This document shows, piece by piece, positions 1 through 9,014 of a DNA stretch of 28,713 bases. The notes under the pieces were generated by a model, which was given only the letters and a program-made list of their open reading frames with translations, did no database searches and had not been told where the DNA came from. The DNA is taken from positions 1 to 28,713 of the forward strand of contig CAXHAT010000093.1 in assembly GCA_964014485.1 (NCBI GenBank), given 5' to 3'. Made by a program: the position numbers and the translations under genes. The DNA is from an uncultured Deferribacteres bacterium (GTDB lineage: Bacteria; Zhuqueibacterota; Zhuqueibacteria; Zhuqueibacterales; Geothermadaptataceae). How positions within the stretch are numbered: position 1 is the stretch's first letter; each line of letters opens with the position of its first letter.

Positions 1-561
<561 letters not shown>

Positions 562-572
562 TCTCGTCAATA

Positions 573-832
573 GGAGTGCAAAGCTTGTTTTGCCAAGTAA
601 CGAGCCGAGAATTGTTACCACAATGTTAGGTCCGCTTCAAAACGCCTGGCATAAACAAGCTAAAGCTTGAACTACAAACGACATTGCGTTCCGCAATTCT
701 GAACGTAAAAAAAGCACAGTCGTTTGTAGTTCAGCCTTCAGGCTGCCTTGTAAGCGCTGAAGTATAGCGACAGAGTAGTATTTTGAGGCTAACTTAACAT
801 TGCAATATCATGCAAAGCAAGCTTTGCATTCC
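573..832. repeat. Three nested inverted-repeat pairs (REP-doublet/MITE-like mosaic) between convergent genes
   Basis: Outer pair 573-593 / 812-832 (19/21 match); middle pair 621-642 / 781-802 (18/22); inner pair 656-682 / 719-745 sharing TGAACTACAAACGAC, each carrying GTAGTT plus a short hairpin. Confidence 0.8.
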
Positions 833-840
833 TTCTATTT

Positions 841-870
841 GCCGGATTCGCTGCGCTCAATCCAGACTGT
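841..870 (-). repeat. Degenerate REP-like hairpin just after the WYL gene stop
   Basis: Reverse strand reads ACAGTCTGGATTGAGCGCAGCGAATCCGGC: a GGATT...AATCC stem around GCGCAGCG, resembling GTAG-type REP units. Confidence 0.45.
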
Positions 871-873
871 GGA

Positions 874-1833
874 TTAAGAGCGCGCTGAATATTTTTCGAG
901 GATATTTTTCGCTTCAAAACGGAGTATATCTTTGAGCGATTCGGGGGAAACGACGGTCACGTAGCGGCCATATGAGAGCAGCCAAAAGGCGATCCAACTC
1001 AAGCTTGGCGTTAAGAACGTCATCAAGACGTTTTTGCCGCAGAGGGTTTCTTCAACCAGACCGTGGTAGTGCTTGTCTTTGACGTGCGCGGCCACTCTTT
1101 TGTCAAACAACGCCTTCACTTCCAAAGCGCCGTCGACGCGCATAAAATTCTTCAAATATTCTTTCAGCGAAAATCCGGGACGAGCGAAATAAGTTTCTTC
1201 ACGCAATCGGATGGTTTTGATGCGGTCAGTGCGGAAATCGCGGTAATTTTTTCGCAGTCTGCAGTAGGCAATCAAGTGCCAATGGTCGGCGTAATAGACC
1301 AATCCCAGCGGTTCGACGCGCCGCTCGCTGAATGCGTCGCTCTTTGCCGTGTAATATTCCAAAAAAAGAACGCGAGACCCGACAATCGCTTCCTGGATAG
1401 TTTGCAAAACGTCGTCACGAAACGCAGAGTCTGGTTGGCTTGGGTGGCGCAAGTAGAGCGCGGTGGAATGATCCAGGCGTTCAAGATAACGCTTGGTTTT
1501 TTCAGGCAAGACGGACTTGATTTTCAACAAGGCGGATTCCGCGTGGCAACGCATGGAAGCGTCGGTCATCTTTTCGACGAATTTTCCGCCTAAAAAGAGC
1601 GCGCCCGCTTCTTCGTGCGTGAACATCACCGGCGGCAAGTGATAGCCTTGCACCAGACTGTAACCCTCGCCCGCTTCCGCCGCGATTGGCACGCCCGCCT
1701 CGTCGAGCGCCCCCATGTCGCGATAGACGGTGCGAATGCTTATGCTGAAATGTTCGGCGATGTCTCTTGCTCGAATAATTCGATGGCTTTGCAGCAGCAG
1801 AATAATCGCAACGAGCCGGTCAACGCGATTCAT
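874..1833 (-). CDS. YafY-family transcriptional regulator (HTH-WYL-WCX)
   Basis: N-terminal HTH (MNRVDRLVAII...SIRTVYRDMGAL), GYSLVQGYHLPPVMFT linker, WYL core RRVEPLGLVYYADHWHLIAYCRLRKNYRDFRTDRI and C-terminal WLLSYG..V.VVSPESL. The ATG directly abuts the upstream stop (TAAATG on the minus strand). Confidence 0.92.
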   Translation of the reverse strand: MNRVDRLVAIILLLQSHRIIRARDIAEHFSISIRTVYRDMGALDEAGVPIAAEAGEGYSLVQGYHLPPVMFTHEEAGALFLGGKFVEKMTDASMRCHAESALLKIKSVLPEKTKRYLERLDHSTALYLRHPSQPDSAFRDDVLQTIQEAIVGSRVLFLEYYTAKSDAFSERRVEPLGLVYYADHWHLIAYCRLRKNYRDFRTDRIKTIRLREETYFARPGFSLKEYLKNFMRVDGALEVKALFDKRVAAHVKDKHYHGLVEETLCGKNVLMTFLTPSLSWIAFWLLSYGRYVTVVSPESLKDILRFEAKNILEKYSARS

Positions 1834-2532
1834 TTAGGCGGCCTGAGTCGCTTCGGCGAATGATTTTAAGTCAGGAAATTCCCAATCCGGTTTGGCCTCG
1901 GCTGGCGGCGTGGCGCCTGCGCCGGACTTGCCTGCGCGACGGTCAATCCAGACCGTCGAAAACCCAAGCTCTTTGGCTGGTACATGGTCGTGAAAAAGAC
2001 TTTGCGCCACGTGGAGAATTTGCGTTTTCGGAAAGCCAATTTTCTGCAGCGCAAATTCAAAATTCTGGTGGGAAGGCTTGTAGGCGCTGACTTGCTGCGC
2101 CGTGATGATCCAGTCGAAATTGACCTTCAGCCTTTTTTGTGAAAGGGCGAAAAGATCGTCATCAACATTTGAAATGATCGCCAGTTTGAAGTTCTCCGAC
2201 AGCGCTCGCAAAGCTTCCACCGTGTCTGGAAAAGCGGGCCAGTCGCCCAAAGAATTCGGGAAACCCGCTATTTCTTCGGGCGCAGCGTCAAACTCAAAGT
2301 GTTCCGCGAACCTGCGCAGAACATCCTGTAATATCAGGCGATAATTTCTGAACGGCCCATGCTCCGCCGCCGACTCAAATTTGCCGTAGAGTTGGAGGAT
2401 TTCGTCATCGGCGGCTTGGATGGAACGCTTGGCAAGAACAGGCTTCAACGCATTGACTATACCGCGTTCCCAGTCGATCAGCGTGCCGTAACAGTCAAAG
2501 GTTAAAACCTGAAAATCGTTAAATTGCTTCAT
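1834..2532 (-). CDS. Haloacid dehalogenase type II-like HAD hydrolase
   Basis: HAD motif I TFDCYGTLIDW, motif II IISNVD, YKP lysine and ILHVAQSLFHDHVPAK; AGGAG RBS upstream. Confidence 0.9.
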   Translation of the reverse strand: MKQFNDFQVLTFDCYGTLIDWERGIVNALKPVLAKRSIQAADDEILQLYGKFESAAEHGPFRNYRLILQDVLRRFAEHFEFDAAPEEIAGFPNSLGDWPAFPDTVEALRALSENFKLAIISNVDDDLFALSQKRLKVNFDWIITAQQVSAYKPSHQNFEFALQKIGFPKTQILHVAQSLFHDHVPAKELGFSTVWIDRRAGKSGAGATPPAEAKPDWEFPDLKSFAEATQAA

Positions 2533-2549
2533 AGCTCCTGCCGCAGGAT

Positions 2550-5507
2550 TTATTGATTCGCCGCACTGTCAATTGCATTGGGCGCGGCTTGCGCTTCCAG
2601 CGTGCGTAAGCGGCTTTGCGCTGTTGTGTTCGTCGGGTCAAGCTCAAGCCACTTTCGCGTCAACTCCAGCCCTTCGTCGGCTTTGCCTTGAATCACATAG
2701 TGGCTGACGAGGTAATTGTAAATGTCAGACTTCGTCTTCAAGTCAATATTCTCATCATCTAAAACGGATTGCGCCAAAGATTTTGCACCTTCGAGGTCTT
2801 TGAGCTGATTTAGGTAAACGTCGAGAAATTGCAAGCGCTGCTCGAGCGGGAAAGCATCGACAAGTTTATCGACGCGTTTTTTGTACTCTTCCGGGCGCCC
2901 AAGCTGATTGTAGATTTGGCCGATGAACATGCTGATCTGCCAGTTCGTCGGCGGGATCACTTCTTCCGGCATCACTTCTTCCATGTGGTCAAGCGCCGCC
3001 AACGCATTTTCCTTTTGGTTGTTCGAGCGATAGTGTTCGACCAGCGAAAGATAGGCCGAACGATAATTGCCGAGCAGCGCCAGGATGTTGTCGTTGTAGT
3101 AAACCTCGGCATTGTCGAGGTTACGATAGTCGTAGCGTTCGGTCAGGTTTTTCTCGATCACTTCGGGGTCAATAAACCGCCGGTCAACCTTGACTGGCAA
3201 CACCTTGAAAGCAAGGCCGTCCATCTGCAAAAAGTCCTGTAAACCCACTTTGTTGTTATCCGCGACGGTCACCGCAAAGTAGATCGGACGTTTGAATTGA
3301 TTTTCGATGAGCAGACGCAGAATCATGATGTCTTGCACGCGAATCCCCTGGCCAAACAGGGTCGGCTGTATGGTTAGCTCGATAAAATCTTGATCCGGAG
3401 CCGCGAACGTCGAATCAACGGATTGAATTTTTTGGATCCATTGCCGTCGAACGTCCCGAGGCACGGGAATTTTCCGGGTGGTCGTTTTCCAGGCTTGCGG
3501 CGCAAGCTCATCGATTTGGCGATCCGTCAAACTTATCGGAACCTTCGGCTCCTCGTCGCGCAATTGCTTGATGTACCAGTTCGTGTTCAACAGGCTCAGG
3601 TTGACGATGCGGACGTCCGTGCGAATGCCGTAGACCGTTTGCAAAAACCAGAGCGGGAAGGTGTCGTTGTCGCCGTTGGTGAAAATAATGGCATTGGGTT
3701 CGCAAGTTTCGAGAATATTTTTGGAGTAATCATAAGCGACGAAATTACCCTGACGCGAATGATCGTGATAATTAAAAGCCAGCATTCTGCCCGGCACGGC
3801 CAGCAGTACGACAAGGGACACCACGCCCATCGCCAGCCGCTTGGTTTGCTCGACTTCCTTGAAGGCGTCCCGCACCAATTCGAGCACAAACGACATGCCG
3901 ATTCCGATCCAGAGCGCAAATGCGAAAAACGCCCCGGTGTAAGCGTAGTCTCGTTCCCGCGGCTGCGGGTCCTCCTGATTGAGATAGACGACAATCGCAA
4001 TTCCTGTGGCAATAAATAAAATCAGGATACTCAACGCCCGTCGCCAATCCTTGATAAAATGGTGCGCAAATCCAAATAACCCTAGCAAAAACGGCAAGCC
4101 CCACAAGCCGTTAAATGAAATCGTGTCGAGAATCGTGCCGTCAGCGGCTTTGTCCGTACCTTTGCCGATAAATTGCCAGCCGAAGTAGCGGATAAACATT
4201 TTCTTGATTTGATATTCCCAAACCGGCGCGCGACGGTTGGTGATCTCCCAATCGCCGTATTGCTCGCGATTCAAATAGCTGACGAATTTTTCCGGCGTGT
4301 CCGGCGCATTCTCATCGATGACGGGGTTGAGACCGGAGCGAACATAAATGACCGAATAAGTGGAATAGCCGACGAAAATCATTAAAATGCACATCAACGC
4401 CAGACCAAGCTCACGCTTCTGTTTTTTGACGGCGTTCCAGATTCCGGCGACGAGACCAAGAAGCACCAGGCCGACGAGATAGAAAGAAATTTCAATCATT
4501 TGCGGCACGCCTTTCACGATGCCCGGATAAACGATTCCAACGCTCAAAAGTGCGCCGAGGGTAAAACTCACTGAAGCGTGCAAACGTTCACTCTTCTCAT
4601 TCGCAGCGGATTTGTACATTGTGTAATGCAGATAAAGAAAGCCCGCCGTTAGAATTCCCGGCACCACCGGCAATTCGCCAAAAATCGGGACTCCTTCAAA
4701 CAAAGGTTGAAAAAGCCCGCCAATCAGCGCCGCCAAGCCAAGCTCTCCAAGCCCGAGCAAACCGCCGACAACCAAGCCGCCGAATTCGCCGAACTCATTG
4801 CCTTCACCCAACCCGAGAGAGCCGGTGCTTCGTTTTCTCAAATACATGATGAGAAAAACGGTGGGCAGTGCGAGCAGATTGAGCAAATGGACGCCCAGCG
4901 CCAGGCCAATCAGGTAAAAAATAATGACCAGCCACTTGTCGGAATCCATACGTTCGCTTTCCTCCGACCAGCGTAAAACCAGCCAAACCACAATCGCGGT
5001 GAAAAAGAGCGCGGCGGAGTAAACTTCCGATTCGACGGAATTGAACCACTGGCTATCGGAAAATGCGAAAGCCAGAGCGCCGATCGCGCCGCTGGCGTAT
5101 TGCATGATTTTCTTTTCAAAGTTGTCCGCCTTGCCCTGCCACATTTCGATCAAACGCACGATAATCAGAAAAGCGAACATGGCTGAAAACGCGCTCATCA
5201 GCGGTGACATAAGATTCACGCGCCAGGCGATCTCCACGCCTTCGGGCATGATAAAATTGAGTTCTTCCTTTGACATGAACATCGTGCCGAGGAATTCGGT
5301 CGGCAGTAGGGAAAAGATGCGCCCGGCAAGAATGTACAACGGCGACCCCGGAGGATGCGGCACGCCCAGCGTGTAAGAACAAGCGATAAACTCGCCGCAA
5401 TCCCAAAACGAGGTGGTTTGCGCCATCGTTAAAAAATAGATTAAAAAAGATACAAAAAACACCAGCGCCGCTGTCAAATTTCGCGGCGTTTTCAGCGCTT
5501 GAAACAT
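2550..5507 (-). CDS. DUF2723 / TMEM260-like (GT117-type) polytopic membrane glycosyltransferase with TPR-like C-terminus
   Basis: SFWDCGEF..CSYTLGVPHPPGSPLY, ESEVY, GVHLLNLL, YLNREQYG, PRERDYAY and FTNGDNDTFPLW motifs; many hydrophobic helices; helical TPR-like tail. ATG 5507 chosen because GGAGGG lies at 5514-5519. Confidence 0.85.
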   Translation of the reverse strand: MFQALKTPRNLTAALVFFVSFLIYFLTMAQTTSFWDCGEFIACSYTLGVPHPPGSPLYILAGRIFSLLPTEFLGTMFMSKEELNFIMPEGVEIAWRVNLMSPLMSAFSAMFAFLIIVRLIEMWQGKADNFEKKIMQYASGAIGALAFAFSDSQWFNSVESEVYSAALFFTAIVVWLVLRWSEESERMDSDKWLVIIFYLIGLALGVHLLNLLALPTVFLIMYLRKRSTGSLGLGEGNEFGEFGGLVVGGLLGLGELGLAALIGGLFQPLFEGVPIFGELPVVPGILTAGFLYLHYTMYKSAANEKSERLHASVSFTLGALLSVGIVYPGIVKGVPQMIEISFYLVGLVLLGLVAGIWNAVKKQKRELGLALMCILMIFVGYSTYSVIYVRSGLNPVIDENAPDTPEKFVSYLNREQYGDWEITNRRAPVWEYQIKKMFIRYFGWQFIGKGTDKAADGTILDTISFNGLWGLPFLLGLFGFAHHFIKDWRRALSILILFIATGIAIVVYLNQEDPQPRERDYAYTGAFFAFALWIGIGMSFVLELVRDAFKEVEQTKRLAMGVVSLVVLLAVPGRMLAFNYHDHSRQGNFVAYDYSKNILETCEPNAIIFTNGDNDTFPLWFLQTVYGIRTDVRIVNLSLLNTNWYIKQLRDEEPKVPISLTDRQIDELAPQAWKTTTRKIPVPRDVRRQWIQKIQSVDSTFAAPDQDFIELTIQPTLFGQGIRVQDIMILRLLIENQFKRPIYFAVTVADNNKVGLQDFLQMDGLAFKVLPVKVDRRFIDPEVIEKNLTERYDYRNLDNAEVYYNDNILALLGNYRSAYLSLVEHYRSNNQKENALAALDHMEEVMPEEVIPPTNWQISMFIGQIYNQLGRPEEYKKRVDKLVDAFPLEQRLQFLDVYLNQLKDLEGAKSLAQSVLDDENIDLKTKSDIYNYLVSHYVIQGKADEGLELTRKWLELDPTNTTAQSRLRTLEAQAAPNAIDSAANQ

Positions 5508-5552
5508 CAAAAACCCTCCGGTAGAATGCGGTTTATTTTCATGCTAAATAAA

Positions 5553-5606
5553 TGGATGATTGATAGTTAAATAGTGGATTGTTGAAGTCCATCGAATATG
5601 GACTAA
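5553..5606 (+). repeat. Degenerate TGGA-type 8-mer array (left flank of the lipoprotein gene)
   Basis: TGGATGAT at 5553, then TGGATTGT / TGAAGTCC / ATCGAATA / TGGACTAA at 8-bp period from 5575; heavily decayed. Confidence 0.4.
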
Positions 5607-5629
5607 ATTCTCAGAGATCTACATATTTC

Positions 5630-6502
5630 TCATTTCAAGATATAGTCCTTTAAAATCATTTCCATGTCTATGCGCTGACATCGATCGCAAGTTCCTCCCC
5701 AATCATAACTTTTGTAAAATTCAACAAGACCGACCTCCTTGAGAAAACGAACATCTACTTGAGGCGGAGATGACAATGGCCCTCCAGTATCGCCCTCTGA
5801 AATATAACTTCTTTGTAACGTGTCTATTTCACTCGAAATGGCATAATAACGGTAGAGCCTATCTGGATCGCCTATAAAGGGTTCAAATCGTATAGCTCGT
5901 CGGGCAGTTCCAATAGTTCTCAAGATGTGAGTATTCGATTCTTCGATAAAAAAATAGATCGTGTCGACATCTTTTATGCCATTCTTCGTGAAGTCGTAAA
6001 TATCCCGAATACCATATAAATCTTTTTCCTTTTGTGGTATATGCTTAACAACCTCCCACACTCGCGTCCCTTCAGACCAAATTCTATCTATTTCTCCAGT
6101 ATGGAAATCAGAAAAAAGTTCTTTGTAAGAATATGTCCACTGGTTGCCTTCTCTCAATGGGAAAAAATCTGATAGTCGCCGAATTAAAAAATCGATTGTT
6201 ACATTTTCGGAGACTCTCAAAACCGTGTCGATTTGGGTAAACATGGTTTTAGAGACAATAATCCGATGGCTTCCACGAGCGATCTCGCCCGCTCGGAAGA
6301 ATCCTGTAGAATCCGAATAAACCGTCACATCAGAAATTTGAATGACGGCTTCACTTACCGGGAGTCTGCTTGCATGGTCAAGCTCAAAGATATAACCGCT
6401 TACTTCTCGCCTCCCCGATCTGGGAGAGATTGAAAACTCCGAACATGAATAAAGGAATAGACAGGTGATGATTATCGCCGGTTTGAGAAATGCTGTCATC
6501 AT
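5630..6502 (-). CDS. Hypothetical lipoprotein with carboxypeptidase-regulatory-like (Cna-B type) domain and an FFPLxxGNxWxY domain
   Basis: Lipobox LYS-C after a hydrophobic stretch; VSGYIF...SDSTGFF...GSHRIIVSK beta-sandwich pattern; DFFPLREGNQWTY; GGAG RBS at 6508-6511; visibly more AT-rich than flanking genes. Confidence 0.75.
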   Translation of the reverse strand: MMTAFLKPAIIITCLFLYSCSEFSISPRSGRREVSGYIFELDHASRLPVSEAVIQISDVTVYSDSTGFFRAGEIARGSHRIIVSKTMFTQIDTVLRVSENVTIDFLIRRLSDFFPLREGNQWTYSYKELFSDFHTGEIDRIWSEGTRVWEVVKHIPQKEKDLYGIRDIYDFTKNGIKDVDTIYFFIEESNTHILRTIGTARRAIRFEPFIGDPDRLYRYYAISSEIDTLQRSYISEGDTGGPLSSPPQVDVRFLKEVGLVEFYKSYDWGGTCDRCQRIDMEMILKDYILK

Positions 6503-6558
6503 GCAAACTCCAAGATGTGATCTTTGAATTTATAAACACCCAAATCCCGCTTTTTTTT

Positions 6559-6590
6559 GCTGGTTCCCAAACTTCTGTTTGGAAACCAGC
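6559..6590. repeat. Solo palindromic unit of the composite REP-like element
   Basis: GCTGGTTCCCAAAC-TTCT-GTTTGGAAACCAGC matches the terminal hairpin of the elements at 8819-8943 and 12757-12875. Confidence 0.85.
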
Positions 6591-6592
6591 CC

Positions 6593-6631
6593 AAATTCCA
6601 ACAATCCATTATTCCAATACTCCAATCTCCA
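6593..6631 (-). repeat. Tandem 8-mer array nnAnTCCA (5 units)
   Basis: AAATTCCA ACAATCCA TTATTCCA ATACTCCA ATCTCCA, ending 8 bp from the recG stop codon. Confidence 0.85.
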
Positions 6632-6639
6632 CTTCTCTC

Positions 6640-8742
6640 TCACCCCACCTTCGCCAACTCCATCTTTTCCTGATACTTCTGAAAAAACTTGTACCGCTGC
6701 GCGCAGCTAATCACGATTTTCAGCATCGTGTTCGATTCGACGACACTGAACGCCGCATCGCGCGCTTTTTCCAGAATTTCCTGATCGGAAACCAGATTGG
6801 CGATTTTCAAATCAGGCAAGCCGTGCTGCTTTGTGCCGAAAAACTCGCCCGGCCCGCGAATCTCAAGATCAACCTCGGCAATGCGAAAACCGTCGTTGGT
6901 TTCGCACATCGTCTCAATGCGCCGCCGCGCCTCCGGCCCCATCGGCGTATCGACGATAAAAATGCAAATGCTCTCCTTCTCGCCGCGCCCGACGCGCCCG
7001 CGCAACTGGTGCAATTGCGTCAGCCCAAAACGTTCGGCGTGCTCGATCACCATGATCGTCGCGTTCGGCACATCCACGCCAACTTCGATGACGGTGGTCG
7101 AAATCAGTAATTGCAATTCATTGCTTTTGAAGCGGCGCATCACCTCTTCTTTTTCGTCGGCCTTCATGCGCCCGTGCAGCAAACCGACCTCGAACTCATC
7201 GAAAAAGCCGGTTTTTACGCGATCATAAGTTTCCTGCGCCGCGCGCAAATCGACCTTCTCCGATTCTTCGACCAAAGGGAAGACAATATAAGCCTGAGCG
7301 CCAAAGCGCAATTCATCGCGGACGTATGAATAAACATCTTTGCGTTTATGGCTTGCGCGCCAGACCGAGCGGATCGGCTTGCGACCGGCGGGCAATTCGT
7401 CAATGATCGAAACGTCCAGGTCGCCGTAAAGCGTCATCGAAAGCGTGCGCGGAATCGGCGTGGCCGTCATCACCAAAACGTCGGGCTGCCCGCCTTTTTG
7501 CCGCAAAGCCGCGCGCTGCATTACGCCAAAACGGTGCTGCTCGTCCACAATCGCCATGCCGAGATTTTGGAATTTTACTTCTGGCTGAATCAGCGCATGC
7601 GTGCCGACCGCAACGCGCGCATTGCCGTTCGCGATTTCGCCGTAAACTTTTTCGCGCTGCTTTTTGCGGAGGCTGCCGGTCAAAAGCGTTACCGGCACGT
7701 CAATGTCTTCGAGCATTTTGTGGATGCTCAAATAATGCTGCTCGGCCAAAATTTCCGTCGGCGCCATCATCGCCGCCTGGTAGCCGTTTTCCACCGCCAT
7801 CAACATCGCGGTCAGCGCGACAATTGTTTTCCCGGAACCGACGTCGCCCTGCACAAGCCGGTTCATCGGTGCGCTGCTTTTCATGTCCGTCCAGATTTCA
7901 CGCAGCACGCGTTTTTGCGCGTCAGTAAGCTCAAAACCAAGATTTTCGATGAGCCGTCGCGTTTTGTCTCCGGTCTCCTTAAAAGAAATTCCCTGCTCAT
8001 GAAATTTCACATTTTTCTTGCGCAGGGCGAGAATCAATTCAAGGTAAAAAAGCTCGTCGAATTTCAGGCGCGTTTGCGCGGCGGCCAGCGTTTCCAGATT
8101 TTCAGGAAAATGAATATCGTTGAGCGCTTCTTTCAGCGGGATCACATCATTCTCACGCACGAGCTTTTCCGGCAGCGACTCTCGAATCAATTCTGAATAC
8201 TTTTGCAGCGCCTCATGGATGATTTTGCGAAAGCCTTTGCTGTGAAAACCGAATTTGGTGAGCGCTTCGCTGGAAGGATAGAGCGGCACAATCGCGCCGG
8301 TGTTCAAGCTCTGCCAATCGCCGGTCAAGCCGAGCTTGTCGAACTCCGGGTGCGTCATTTGATAGCCGCGAAAGTGCGTCACTTTGCCGGAAAACGATAC
8401 GCTTTCACCGGGTTGAAAAAATTTGCGCCAATAACGCGCGCGTTGAAACCAAACGCATTGCAAAACCCCGGTGCCGTCGCCGACCAGCGCCACGCAACGC
8501 TCCCGCCGCCCTGGAACAATCTCGTTCGAAATAATCTTGCCGACAATCGTCGTTTCCTCGCCCTCGTGTAAGTCACGGATCGGCGTGACGGAAGTGCGAT
8601 CCAGATATCGGCGCGGAAAAAGATAGATCAGTTCTTCGACGGTTTTCACGCCGTGCTCCGCCAAAACCTGCCCGCGCTTCTCGCCCACGCCCTTGACGAA
8701 TTGAACCTGAATCGATCCCAGACTGCGCTTCTCCAAACTCAT
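6640..8742 (-). CDS. recG: ATP-dependent DNA helicase RecG
   Basis: N-terminal wedge (KGVGEKR...FPRRYLDR), RLKFDEL, NRLVQGDVGSGKT (Walker A), APTEILAEQH, VDEQHRFGV, MTATPIPRTL, HQLRGRVGRG and DLEIRGPGEFFGTKQHG. Confidence 0.98.
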   Translation of the reverse strand: MSLEKRSLGSIQVQFVKGVGEKRGQVLAEHGVKTVEELIYLFPRRYLDRTSVTPIRDLHEGEETTIVGKIISNEIVPGRRERCVALVGDGTGVLQCVWFQRARYWRKFFQPGESVSFSGKVTHFRGYQMTHPEFDKLGLTGDWQSLNTGAIVPLYPSSEALTKFGFHSKGFRKIIHEALQKYSELIRESLPEKLVRENDVIPLKEALNDIHFPENLETLAAAQTRLKFDELFYLELILALRKKNVKFHEQGISFKETGDKTRRLIENLGFELTDAQKRVLREIWTDMKSSAPMNRLVQGDVGSGKTIVALTAMLMAVENGYQAAMMAPTEILAEQHYLSIHKMLEDIDVPVTLLTGSLRKKQREKVYGEIANGNARVAVGTHALIQPEVKFQNLGMAIVDEQHRFGVMQRAALRQKGGQPDVLVMTATPIPRTLSMTLYGDLDVSIIDELPAGRKPIRSVWRASHKRKDVYSYVRDELRFGAQAYIVFPLVEESEKVDLRAAQETYDRVKTGFFDEFEVGLLHGRMKADEKEEVMRRFKSNELQLLISTTVIEVGVDVPNATIMVIEHAERFGLTQLHQLRGRVGRGEKESICIFIVDTPMGPEARRRIETMCETNDGFRIAEVDLEIRGPGEFFGTKQHGLPDLKIANLVSDQEILEKARDAAFSVVESNTMLKIVISCAQRYKFFQKYQEKMELAKVG

Positions 8743-8818
8743 TTCCCCATCGCTTTTTCAAAGAACACGAACCGGTGCGCAGCATCCCAGTCTCCCCCCT
8801 TCGAATGGGATATCGCCG

Positions 8819-8943
8819 GCTCGTTACCAAGCTTCGGCTTGGTAACGCAAATGTTCACGAAACTCCAGTTTCGCGAACGCTTCTGGTTCGAAACATGAGT
8901 TTCGCGAGCATCAGGGTTCCCAAACAGGAGCTTGGGAACCAGC
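8819..8943. repeat. Composite four-hairpin palindromic element (REPIN/MITE-like), copy 1
   Basis: CGTTACCAAGC-TTCG-GCTTGGTAACG, CGAAAC-TCCA-GTTTCG, CGAAAC-ATGA-GTTTCG and GGTTCCCAAAC-AGGA-GCTTGGGAACC; colinear with 12757-12875. Confidence 0.88.
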
Positions 8944-9014
8944 CTCGTCACTTCTCCCGTCAAAGGCGGGTTCAAATTCCCAACCCTGTACACTGCACCA
9001 ACCAATCCGTTCAC

